Positions 10,001 to 20,602 of a stretch of DNA of 23,593 nucleotides are shown here, one piece after another (position 1 is the first letter of the stretch; each line of letters starts with the position of its first letter). The DNA lies in the NCBI RefSeq assembly GCF_006345805.1, contig NW_021836676.1:1-23593 (forward strand), given 5' to 3'. Position numbers and translations under genes: made by a program. Origin of the DNA: Octopus sinensis (lineage: Eukaryota). A model generated the notes under the pieces. The model had not been told where the DNA came from and made no database searches. It worked only from the letters and a program-made list of their open reading frames with translations.

Positions 10001-11151
10001 TTACCCCCCTCTCACATATATATGGCATTCTCTTTCTTTAATCTTTCTACTTTCCTCTGTTATCTCACTTGTACTTTTCCCCCTGTCCCCCCTTTCCCAC
10101 TAGTTCCTTTCCTAATTCTTCAATTCCTCTGCCTCCTATCTCTCTCTTTTCCTCCCACGTGATCGGGGTTCAGCCAATCATGATCATTCTTTCTTGGCCT
10201 GACCGCCGCTCGCATAACACCTTATTTCCCCCTCTCCTCCCCTCTATGTTTGTGCCTTAAGGCTTCCACTTTACAGGGCTGCTCAACTTGATTCGTCCTT
10301 ATCAGCCGAAAGACATCTGTTGTTCTTGTTCTTTGTATTTGTAATCGTGTAACATATTCTCCGTTTTCTCTTTTGTTTTTGTCCTTGATGTCGGCCATAT
10401 TAGCTCCTTTAGCTTAAATTTTAGTGGGGGCCTGCCAATTTTGAACAGTCTCAAGTGTAACAGGCCAAAACTGTAATGATGATTGGAAGCTTGACTGAGG
10501 AAAGAAAGATACGAATGTTCCGTCCTTGTTTTGCCTGCCCGTCTTTGTATCGTCTATCTGTCCGTATGTTTTCATTGTCATCAGTTACGTTCTTATTCTG
10601 GTTTTTGAATTTATATATAAATACGTTTTCTCTCTCACTCTTTCCCTATTCTTCTCCTCTCCCCTTCACCGTTCCTTCTCTCTCTCACTCTTCCTCCTTG
10701 ACTCTCGTTGCTCACTCGTGACCAACGGCTATCCATCTTTCTTTCTTCCACTTCCCTCCTAAAGACAAGACGTGCTTTTGCCTCTCTCTCCTCAAAAGCT
10801 CGTTTTATCCAGCGTTTACCACTTCACCTCGTTATGGCTTAACAGCTCTCACCGTTTGTTTCTACTGTTTTATTCTTAAAGTCTTGTTTTTGTTACCACT
10901 TTAACCCTCCACAAAAAATCCCAAATTTTATTTAATTTGCTTGGCGGGAAGGACTCTTTTAACGAAGTCGCGTTAAAAGAAGTGACAGCTGATGAAGGGA
11001 ATGTTCTTCATGTTGCCTGTCTCGTTTCTCTATTTGTATCTTTCGTTGCTCGAAAAAATGTTCGTTTTCTATGTTTTTGCTTTTTATGTTCTCGTTTCTC
11101 ATTTTGTTATGTCTTGTATCCATATATGCATGTATATATTCATATATATGT

Positions 11152-11202
<51 letters not shown>

Positions 11203-12403
11203 TATATATATACACCTTAATATATGTAAATACATATTCAACCAACATGGGATCCCTTGACGACGATGTAAATACATATTTATATATCATACTCAATATA
11301 CATAATCACATATGCATACATGCATACGCTGGAATATATATGTTTCTGTTTAGATAAATAGATACAGATACGCATACATAGATTTCATTTATTTATGTAT
11401 ATACGTCCTTAATACACACACACACACAGATATCAGTTGTGTCTCTCTTCTTAATAAATTCATACATGTATCAGTGTGTGTGTATGTGTGCGTGTGTGCG
11501 TACGTGTGTGTGTGGAGGAAGTGTAGATTATTCTGTGAATTTCCATAATGTTTGTGTAAGTGTATACTTTTTGGTTGACAAGATCAAAAGTGATGCCAGC
11601 ATCCTTCATTAATACGACAAATCTCAACCAGAAATAATTAGAAACCAGCAAGTTTAATATTACATGCGATGTCAGATTAACCTCCTCTGCAGCCATGTTT
11701 ATTAAATATATTTGATTGTTTTACATCAGGGTAAAGAATTTGTTGGTCAACACTGAAATATGAACTTACTTTTCAGAGACAGGAAATGTAGGGGAGAACA
11801 TTTCGAAAGTAAAAGACATAGATCGTAGTCGCCATAGGTCGCAGGTGTCGTAGGCAAAGAATAAAGTGAAAAAAAAAAGAAAAACAACTGCCCAACTCAG
11901 GCGACATGAGTCAGAGGTAAAGTGTTATGGCTGAGGTGTCAAAATCAAATCACAGGAGCTGTGAGAAAAGGACATCAGGACACCTCAAGAGCAGGAACAA
12001 TCCTTCATGCAGTATTCCGCACAGTTTCTGCCTACCAATTTCAGTCATAAGTATTTGGTTATCCAAGGCTACGGTAGAAGAGATTATTTGGTTGTGCCCC
12101 TCGTAGGATCGCATTCAAAGTGAGCCTAACACCAAAATGTGTGTCATTGATTCGTAACCCACTCTCTTGTTGTATTTAAGTTGCAGCGGCACTTTATCCA
12201 AGTATAAACCATCCAATGTATCTTTCTTTTGATTAAGACACTAATTTGACATTTAGCTGCTATTTCTAGCGAGTCGGGCGATCACGTTGTATCGTTGTTG
12301 GTGCACGCTCCGCTATATGGGCTTAAAATTTTGGCTCGCAATTTCAGGGGAGAATTAAGTCAATTACATGGACCCCAGTATTCAACTGGTACTTATTTTA
12401 TTC

Positions 12404-12642
12404 AAGGCGTCGAGCTGGCAGAAACGTTAGCATGCCGGGCGAAATGCCTAGCGGTATTTCGTCTGCCGTTACGTTCTGAGTTCAAATTCCGCCGAGGTCG
12501 ACTTTGCCTTTCATCCTTTCGGGGTCGATAAATTAAGTACCAGTTACGCACTGGGGTCGATGTCATCGACTTAATACATTTGTCTGTCCTTGTTTGTCCC
12601 CTCTATGTTTAGCCCCTAGTGGGTAATGAAGAAATAGGTGCG
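12404..12642 (+). mobile_element. SINE family A, full length, with a 10-bp TSD, nested in an older antisense family A copy (about 12320-12760)
   Basis: TATTTTATTC occurs at 12394-12403 and 12643-12652. The flanks join into a minus-strand family A element. Confidence 0.85.
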
Positions 12643-13208
12643 TATTTTATTCTAACCCTGAAAGGATGAAAGGCTGAAACGACCTAGGCCCTATTTGAAC
12701 GGGCGAAATGCCGCTAAGCATTTTGTCCGCCGCGCTAACGATTCTGCCAGCTCGCCGTCTTCACGCACCGTTACGTTGCAAGTGATTTTCACAAGACAAT
12801 ATACTCAGACCAAGATTTATTGAATTTAGCAGAGGAACATAAGAAAATTGGTGTCTTGTATTTTTTAGATTTCGATGTATTACAATGGAATTTCTTCACC
12901 AAGAATATAGATTAGTTTGATAAGAATATAATATTGTAAGATTTATTCTCAAAACTGTGTTTAAAGAAACAGATATTCTCATAAACAACACCCTAGAGAC
13001 TGATTATTAAAGCGATATATATTTTTTTTTATTTTGAGATTCCTGTTTTACACAAATGGCCACAAAATTATTAGACATTAATTATAATTGGGAGAGAACC
13101 CAATAATAATTTTATTAAATCAATCTTTTATTGCGGAAACATATCTAAGGATGGTGGTCAGCAGAGTTTCAATAAAAGGCAGTGGCGGCTAGTAATAATG
13201 GTCTCTGT

Positions 13209-13211
<3 letters not shown>

Positions 13212-13278
<67 letters not shown>

Positions 13279-13371
13279 CAACAACAATAATTTACTTTTA
13301 TTATTTATTTTTATTTTATCTAGTTTCAGCTCACGAGCTGTGACCATATAATAATAATAATAATAATAATA

Positions 13372-13445
<74 letters not shown>

Positions 13446-13470
13446 TATTATTATTATTATTATTATTATC
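13212..13470. repeat. (AAT)n, (AAC)n and (ATT)n trinucleotide tracts
   Basis: Direct reading. The tracts are interrupted by the LINE tail fragment. Confidence 0.95.
13291..13347 (-). mobile_element. Very short 3'-end copy of the same LINE family
   Basis: The minus strand reads ATGGTCACAGCTCGTGAGCTGAAACTAGA followed by an A-rich tail. This is nearly identical to the LINE terminus ATGGCCAGAGCTCGTGAGCTGAAACTAGA. Confidence 0.75.
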
Positions 13471-13976
13471 ATTATGTTTGGAACATCCAAAGAATGATGG
13501 TAGAACGGGAATTGGGGGGAGTGAGTCATTCTTTTGAATATCAAGTGATTTATCAGCCAGGTTTATGACGAATTTCAATTCAAACCGGATCTGAGATTGC
13601 GTCACGGTCTCCTGCTTTGATTTTGATGTTGTTATTGTTGTATTGCATTGTATTGTTGTATGAGATCAGATAAAGCTCGGCGGAGAACATATTAGACGAA
13701 TGACAATCCAGCTATGACCAACATAACTATTGATCGATCTAGACTGATAATATACTTGTAGGTCTCCTGAAATACCCTATGAACCCTACATATATTCGAA
13801 TATCTATATATGTTTATAAATATATGCATATATATATACATATACATATATATAAATACAATATCTATGTATATATATATATGTATGTGTGTGTGTGTGT
13901 GTGTGTGTGTACATGCGTACATACATATATATATACTTATACATATACATACATACATATACATATATATATATAT

Positions 13977-14047
<71 letters not shown>

Positions 14048-14054
14048 TATATAT

Positions 14055-16559
14055 ATGGCCGAGGGCCTTTCTCTCCCAGGAATGACAAGATGTGAACGAG
14101 GACAGGCGAGGTCCCTCCTGAACCTCATCAACACCCTGTACATGGAGCAAGTAATACTCCAACCAACCAGGGCAGGTAACACACTGGATCTCTGCTTCAC
14201 AAATAATATGGATCTCATCTATAATGTGAAAGTGACACCGACACTACTCTCGGATCACAACATGGTAGAGCTGACCATGTACGGGCCAAAGGAAAGCATT
14301 GACATGCAGCCTACAAGAAACCCTCAGAATCTTTCCAGCTTGAACTTCCATAAGGCAAACTGGAAACAAATTGAGAAAGAGATCCTCAAACAAAACTGGC
14401 CTGAATGTCTCTCCTCGCCAGACATCGACGTGAAACTTCAACAATTCATGTCTGTAATGCAAGCCATATGCTACAAATGTGTCCCAGAGAGAAAGGCCAC
14501 TGTACACAAGAACAAAATCCCCAGAGAGAGGAAAATTTCAATGAGACGGCGTACAAAAATTTCAAATCGCCTAAACAAACAAATTGAAAGCAGTGAAAAG
14601 TCCCGCCTGAAAATAAAACTGTTGGAAATTGAAAAATGTCTGCAACTCTCCCATGAAAAGGAAAGAGCAGACAAAGAAGCCTGGGCTATAGACAACATAA
14701 AATCTAACCCCAGAGCTTTCTACAGATATGCCAAAGAAACAGCTACGGTGCACTGTAGGATAGGGCCACTCCTTGAAAAGGATGGCACACTCACAGGAAA
14801 ACCAATGAGGGTAAGTGAAATACTGAATGAGCAATTCAAGAGTGTTTTCACTCCACCCCTTGGGCATTTCCAAATCACCGATCCAACTGACTTCTTTACC
14901 ACTGCAGATATAAAATCAGAGACGGCGACGATAAATTACATCGATATAAAGGAAGATGATGTAATAAAGGCTATAGATGAAATGAAAACAGACTCAGCTA
15001 CTGGCCCCGATGGATTCCCGGCAATCCTCCTAAAAGTATGTAAGAGAGTCCTAGCAAGACCACTGCAGTTCCTCTTTCAGAGCTTCCTTGCAGCTGGCAA
15101 ACTTCCAAGAAAACTGAAGGAAGGTAAAATATGCCCTATTCATAAAGGAGGTAGCAGAGCGGAGGCCAAGAACTACAGACCTATCTCTCTGACCTCACAC
15201 ATCAGCAAGGTCATGGAACGAATAGTCAGAAGGAAACTGATCACCTTCCTTGAAGAAATTGACTTGCTACCTGACACCCAACATGGTTTCCGACCAGGAA
15301 GAAGCTGCTTAAATCAGCTCCTACAACACTATGACTGGGTGCTGAAACGACTGCTCAACCACTCAAATGTGGAAGTCATATATCTCGACTTTGCAAAGGC
15401 TTTTGATAAAGTCGATCATGGAATGATATGTCACAAACTGCGTGATCTTAGCATAGTTGGAAAACTGGGAGAATGGCTTCATGACTTTCTGAAAGATAGA
15501 AGTCAGGTGGTAGTAGCCAATGGGGCCACTTCCATTAACACGCAAATAGTGAGCGGTGTTCCGCAGGGCACTGTTTTGGGACCACTACTGTTCATAATGG
15601 CCCTCTCAGACATGCCCTCAGCCACGCAGAGAGCCACGATCACAAGTTATGCAGATGATACAAAAGTTTCACAGGCAATACAGAACACTGAGGACACTAA
15701 ACGCCTGCAATGTGAGCTGGACAAAATATACAAGTGGGCTGAAAAGAATAGCATGCAATTCAATGCTGAAAAGTTTCAAGCTTTATACTATCAGCATGCA
15801 AAACTAAATGCAATACCCAATGAATACACTGGACCCGGAGGAATTGCAATTCCAGAGGCACAATCAGTGCGTGACCTGGGTATTTTCATGAGTGATGACG
15901 CAACCTTTCGTGTACATGTTGCTAAACTGGCAATGAAATGTAGACGATTGGCCGGATGGATTCTCAGAACCTTTAGAACAAGAGAACAAGAAACCATGAT
16001 GGTTCTCTGGAGGACACTTGTCCTAAGCCACTTTGACTATTGCTCTCAGCTATGGTCACCATCCAGTGTCAAGTTGATCACAGAACTTGAGGCGATCCAA
16101 CGTAGCTACACGAAGAAGATAGCCTCTATGCAGAATATAAGCTACTGGGAAAGACTCAAGATATTAAAACTCTATTCCTTGGAGCGTAGGCGAGAAAGAT
16201 ATGCCATAATATACATCTGGAAGATCCTGGAGGGACTTGTCCCAAATTTTGGCATCGAGAGTTACACAAATGCCAGAACTGGGCGCCACTGCGTAGTGCC
16301 TAGGACTCCAAATTTGCCATCAAGATGTAGGACAAGACACTGTGATAGCCTGGGCTTCCGAGGCCCACAGCTCTTCAATATCCTCCCGAAGAACCTAAGA
16401 GACCTGCATGGGGTGGATGCAGATGTCTTTAAAATGAAACTGGATCTCTTCTTGTCAGGTATCCCAGATGAACCAACTTCACGGCAGGAGGTGCAGATGA
16501 GGGCAGCTGCATCGAACTCTCTCATGCACCAAATGGCAGTTGCTAAAAAGCATTCGTGA
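14055..16559 (+). CDS. Non-LTR retrotransposon ORF2, CR1 clade: end of the APE endonuclease domain plus complete reverse transcriptase, 834 aa, 5'-truncated
   Basis: Open frame containing the EN-terminal motif [14 protein letters not shown], the RT motifs [36 protein letters not shown] and YADD (15648-15659), and the CR1-type C-terminus [19 protein letters not shown]. The first 92 aa of the track ORF (13779-14054) are mostly microsatellite read-through and are excluded. Confidence 0.95.
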   Translation: MAEGLSLPGMTRCERGQARSLLNLINTLYMEQVILQPTRAGNTLDLCFTNNMDLIYNVKVTPTLLSDHNMVELTMYGPKESIDMQPTRNPQNLSSLNFHKANWKQIEKEILKQNWPECLSSPDIDVKLQQFMSVMQAICYKCVPERKATVHKNKIPRERKISMRRRTKISNRLNKQIESSEKSRLKIKLLEIEKCLQLSHEKERADKEAWAIDNIKSNPRAFYRYAKETATVHCRIGPLLEKDGTLTGKPMRVSEILNEQFKSVFTPPLGHFQITDPTDFFTTADIKSETATINYIDIKEDDVIKAIDEMKTDSATGPDGFPAILLKVCKRVLARPLQFLFQSFLAAGKLPRKLKEGKICPIHKGGSRAEAKNYRPISLTSHISKVMERIVRRKLITFLEEIDLLPDTQHGFRPGRSCLNQLLQHYDWVLKRLLNHSNVEVIYLDFAKAFDKVDHGMICHKLRDLSIVGKLGEWLHDFLKDRSQVVVANGATSINTQIVSGVPQGTVLGPLLFIMALSDMPSATQRATITSYADDTKVSQAIQNTEDTKRLQCELDKIYKWAEKNSMQFNAEKFQALYYQHAKLNAIPNEYTGPGGIAIPEAQSVRDLGIFMSDDATFRVHVAKLAMKCRRLAGWILRTFRTREQETMMVLWRTLVLSHFDYCSQLWSPSSVKLITELEAIQRSYTKKIASMQNISYWERLKILKLYSLERRRERYAIIYIWKILEGLVPNFGIESYTNARTGRHCVVPRTPNLPSRCRTRHCDSLGFRGPQLFNILPKNLRDLHGVDADVFKMKLDLFLSGIPDEPTSRQEVQMRAAASNSLMHQMAVAKKHS

Positions 16560-16640
16560 AGTAAAACCATGTAGCAACACCAAATGGCGGTGCCCCAGCA
16601 TGGCCAGAGCTCGTGAGCTGAAACTAGAATCAATCAATCA
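14055..16640 (+). mobile_element. CR1-like LINE, 5'-truncated, with short 3' UTR and (AATC)3 tail
   Basis: ORF2 as above. The 3' UTR (16560-16627) carries a stem-loop and ends in AATCAATCAATCA. (TA)n flanks both sides. Confidence 0.9.
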
Positions 16641-16684
16641 TATATATATATATATATATATATAAGTATATATTTATGTATAAA

Positions 16685-16875
16685 CTAGCAGTATCGCCCG
16701 GCGTTGCTCGGGTTTGTTTCGACCCTTTAGAATCGTGATTTTTGAAAAGTAAAAATTTTGCATTATGTAGCTTGTTATTCTCTTTAAGTGAACATTTTTC
16801 TGGTTGAAGTACACCGAAAAATGGCGATACAGCAGTCAAAAAATCATAAAAGATAGGGATTTTCATAGAAAAAAA
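16685..16875 (-). mobile_element. Helitron 3' end with a different internal body; 5' end not found
   Basis: CTAGCAGTATCGCCCGGCGTTGCTCGGGTTTGT is identical to the terminus of the 9605 copy, after which the sequence is unrelated. The right boundary is approximate. Confidence 0.65.
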
Positions 16876-16879
16876 GGAT

Positions 16880-17041
16880 ATGCAGATTAGTTACGGTTCA
16901 GTTCAGTCCAATATCACTGAATATTTGGGTATGAGACGCATGTCTGCCAAGATTGTGCCAAAACTGCTTTCAGCTGACCAAAGCGACATCCGGGTTTCAG
17001 TTGCACAAGATCTCCTTAATTGCGTCGAGAACGATAGAAAC
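16880..17041 (+). pseudogene. Mariner (Tc1/mariner) transposase fragment
   Basis: Translation ISYGSVQSNITEYLGMRRMSAKIVPKLLSADQSDIRVSVAQDLL matches the mariner HTH-to-linker segment with a variant of the WVPxxL motif. It is truncated before the catalytic GDE motif by a SINE. Confidence 0.8.
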
Positions 17042-17044
17042 ATC

Positions 17045-17350
17045 GAAAGCTTATTTTTGCCAAACCGCTAAGTTGCAGGGATGTAAACTCAATAACACCG
17101 GCTGTTAAGCGGTAGTGGCAGGGGAACAAATACACACACACACACACACACATACACAAACACACACACACACGCACACACACACACATGCACACCCACA
17201 CACGCACGCACATATTCTTCTGCAGCTTCCGTGTCTACCAAATCCACTCTTTGGTTGGCCCGAGGCTATAGTTAAAGACATTTGCCCGGGGTGCCACGCT
17301 GTGGTACTGAACCCGGAACCATGTGATTGGAAAGCAAGCTTCATACACAC
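17045..17350 (-). mobile_element. SINE family B with expanded internal (CA)n
   Basis: Matches 1066-1448 on both sides of the microsatellite. The 3' tail is missing. Confidence 0.8.
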
Positions 17351-18604
17351 CGGGACGTGAAACGCATATCACTCCACATATTGTACGCACTAAGTTACGT
17401 ATACACATACATAAACATAGGTCCAAAGAATTTTAAGATTGCCCACGCATACATACTCACGCACTCACCCCACTCACACATACATACACACACACATTTA
17501 CACAGACCATTCTCATGTAAACAAACGCGTTTGCAAACCCTCATTCAGTCGGATCACCGTCATCATCTCTCTTCCATTCATTCTCTTTCTCCCGGCCATT
17601 TCATCATGTTGAACCGTTAATCCCTACACATTTTTGTCTCTCCGTTTTTTTTTTCTCATTCTCTTTCCGTTTTTCCCCTCTTAATCCTTTCTGCCGAAGA
17701 GCATAGGCTCGAAACGTTAGCAACTTTTCCATTTTTCCCGAGCATCAAACTAATACACCTGCTTGTTGTTCCCTCACCTGTCTTCGCCTTTTGTTTTCTG
17801 GAAATTTGTACTATATATATAGTAAATCCTAAAAAAACAAAACGAAGAACAAACATAAAAAAACAACAATGCAAGGACGTGGTACATGCAAAATATTAGC
17901 AGACGCTCAGGGAAGGAAGAAAATGCTGTTTTACGTTTCGAGTAAAGCTTTTCTTCAGGAAGAGGAGACAGAGGAAAGTCTAATAGAAAAGGAAGACGGA
18001 GGAAAAAAAATCGCCAACGTTTCACATGTGGTTATGTTGTGCGCGCAGGTCTGTGTTTTCGGGTTTCGTATTGGATGTATATTAGCATTCATAAGAAATA
18101 GCTTCTCCCCGGAATACTTACGGAAAAGGAAATCTTAAATATAGTGTATGAAAGCACATCAACAGTCTATGAAAAATGTGATCGGACCGTGAGGTATATA
18201 CTTTGCTAGGCTGTTTGCTTCATCGGTAACGGAGACGGAATACGTGCTTCACAAGTCCAGTAAGAATAGTTCCATGAAAAATAAAAAAAATCATATATAA
18301 TCCAGATGTCTTGATTGTATACTTTATATACTCTGTATATACACAGATATACACACACAAGCATGAATACATTTACCCCTCTCGGTTTGTTTCCCCTTTG
18401 TTTATATTCAAACCAATAACGGTTCCTTATTAACATAAGTCCATATAATCTCAGTGACTTGGGACACACATCGTTTTAAGTTATAACAAATCAATTCAAA
18501 TGAACTATGTATCGTAATTTATTAAGAAATTAATGACATATAATCTTAATGAAACAGCTGTTGAATGTAATGATATTATGATCTATTTGCGAAGTTTATA
18601 CATT

Positions 18605-18836
18605 CTCACTTTCCAACCACATGGTTCCGGGTTCAGTCCTGCTGCGTGGTACCTCAGGCAAGTGTCTTCTTCTGCTATAGTCTTGAACCGACAAAAGACT
18701 TTGCGTTAGCGGTTCGGCACAAAAGTTCGATAGAATAAGTACCAGGCTTAAAATATATAAATCATTTGACTAAAAGTTCTTCAGGCGATGCCCCAGCACG
18801 GCCGCAGTCTAATGAGAAGAAACAATTAAACGATAA
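18605..18836 (+). mobile_element. SINE family B with an internal deletion
   Basis: Head CCAACCACATGGTTCCGGGTTCAGTCC and tail GGCGATGCCCCAGCACGGCCGCAGTC. Confidence 0.75.
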
Positions 18837-19040
18837 AGGATATATTGCTGTAAAAGATTGCTTTAGCCAATCATGCGAGATTTTGCCACCGGGAATTCCT
18901 ACATTGACGAAACCTTTTGGAATTTATCGAGCTCTAAGTGACCATGGGTAAAATATCTTGATATTTAAACATTAGTCCTCACTCTTTCTTTCCCCCTTCT
19001 GTCTTTCTGTACTTGTGCGTGTGTGTGTTTCTGCTTGCTT

Positions 19041-19140
<100 letters not shown>

Positions 19141-19454
19141 TTGCGCGTGCGCGCGTGTGTGTATGTGTGTGATGTAGTTTTCACGTCCATGTTTTGTTAT
19201 GGAACTGTATTAATCTACTGAAATAAAGACAAGGAGGAGCCTCTACCTAGTTGCTACATTTTCTAGAAACAGCAGCTATATTTCCCTTCACACAAACTCC
19301 GAAGGTATACTGTAGATAATCGTGCTTCGGCTGGGCTGTATCCGATTGGTTGTTTAAAGCTGGAACGTTTTTGATTATTGGTCTCGTAAATCAGATTTTG
19401 CTTGAATCTAAACAGCAACATCCTCCTCTCCTTCCACCTTCTCCTCGACGTTGT

Positions 19455-19494
19455 CGTGATCATCATCATAATCATCATCCTCATCATCATCATT

Positions 19495-19545
<51 letters not shown>

Positions 19546-19565
19546 GTCATCAACAACAACAATAA
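19455..19565. repeat. (ATC)n-(AAC)n trinucleotide tract
   Basis: Direct reading. Confidence 0.95.
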
Positions 19566-20029
19566 CGATACTAGCAAAAGCAGCAACGACAGCCTCAACG
19601 TATCCCAACGTGAAGAATCGATGCAAAGTCATGTTCATAGCTCTCTTTACCATAATTCTTTAAGCACCTCTAAATAACTTTAGTCATTAATCAATGTCAT
19701 TTCACTGATTTCTCCATTTACTACAAACGTCGCAGTGCTTCCTGGTAAGTTTACGTGCAAGAAATGGCATCAAAAGTTCTCTAAAATACTCTATCGTCTG
19801 AAAAACGATAATTTAGATCGAGGAGATGTTTTTTTTTTTATGTAATTGGTTCCATTTCTGCGCCTCCTAGTCGTAAAAAAGGGAAATTACACTTCGATTC
19901 GAATCCTGAGTGCAATTTTTGTAACACTGAAGTACGTAAGAGACATACTTGAATGTTAAACTGGACATCAAACTTATGTCGCTACCCAGAAATACGATCG
20001 GTCCTTCTGTCTAGCTTCTACACAGCATC

Positions 20030-20270
20030 TGTCTACCTTATTTTACTCAAGACTTTCACTCAAGATTAAAACCTAAGGTAGAAAACACTTGTCTAAGGTG
20101 ACACGTAGCTCCGGATGGGGTGAGGGATGAGTTATTAACCACCCAGCCATGACTTATACCCGGTCCGTCTTTGATCATACTCGGTCCGACAAGTGGTGGT
20201 AGAGGGACAAACGTAGACACAGATACACACACACGCACACACACACACACACACACACACGCACAATCAC
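20030..20270 (-). mobile_element. Degenerate family-B-like SINE
   Basis: Contains CTAAGGTAGAAAACACTTGTCTAAGGTGACACG and GGGACAAACGTAGACACAG followed by (CA)n. Similarity is patchy. Confidence 0.45.
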
Positions 20271-20539
20271 ACGCATTATTTAAAAGTTCAAGAGTCAAGT
20301 GCATAAGATACTTAAATAGTAAGGCACCAAGGTGTGGGGGTCACTGAAATCGTTACAATGCTCAAAATAACATTAGAGGAACATATACATACATACCGAA
20401 CTAATGACAGATTTATATTCCTGTGCGTGTACGATCACAAACGTCCGACCGAATATACCACGAGTCTCAAGGTTGCGCCTATGTTTCTACCTAGGTGCCA
20501 ATTCTACTGGATTCAATAGACTCCAGGTCCACAGTAATT

Positions 20540-20596
20540 GCAGATTCTGAAGAAGGTGAATATTAACTTAAACATTTTAAAATGTTTAATTCGTGC
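20540..20596 (+). ncRNA. Degenerate hammerhead-like motif immediately upstream of the previous one
   Basis: CTGAAGA-A-GGTGAA-TA-TTAACT-TAAAC with palindromic ACATTTTAAAATGT. The GAAA box reads TAAA. Confidence 0.35.
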
Positions 20597-20602
20597 ATAT
20601 AA

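Noticed and set aside
10490-10600. CTGAGGA...CGAAT on plus and CTGATGA-CAAT-GAAA on minus (about 10570-10590)
   Set aside because: There is no pairable stem II and no UH cleavage context.
10984-11020. CTGATGA-A-GGGAA-TG-TTCTT, a hammerhead-like first box with a short stem
   Set aside because: No GAAA follows the stem, and there is no stem III or stem I.
12860-12945. Acceptor and donor-like pair TTTTTTAG...GTAAGA
   Set aside because: All three frames between them contain stop codons.
13779-14054. N-terminal 92 aa of the 926-aa track ORF
   Set aside because: It is mostly translation of (TA)n and (TG)n microsatellite. LINE homology starts at about 14055.
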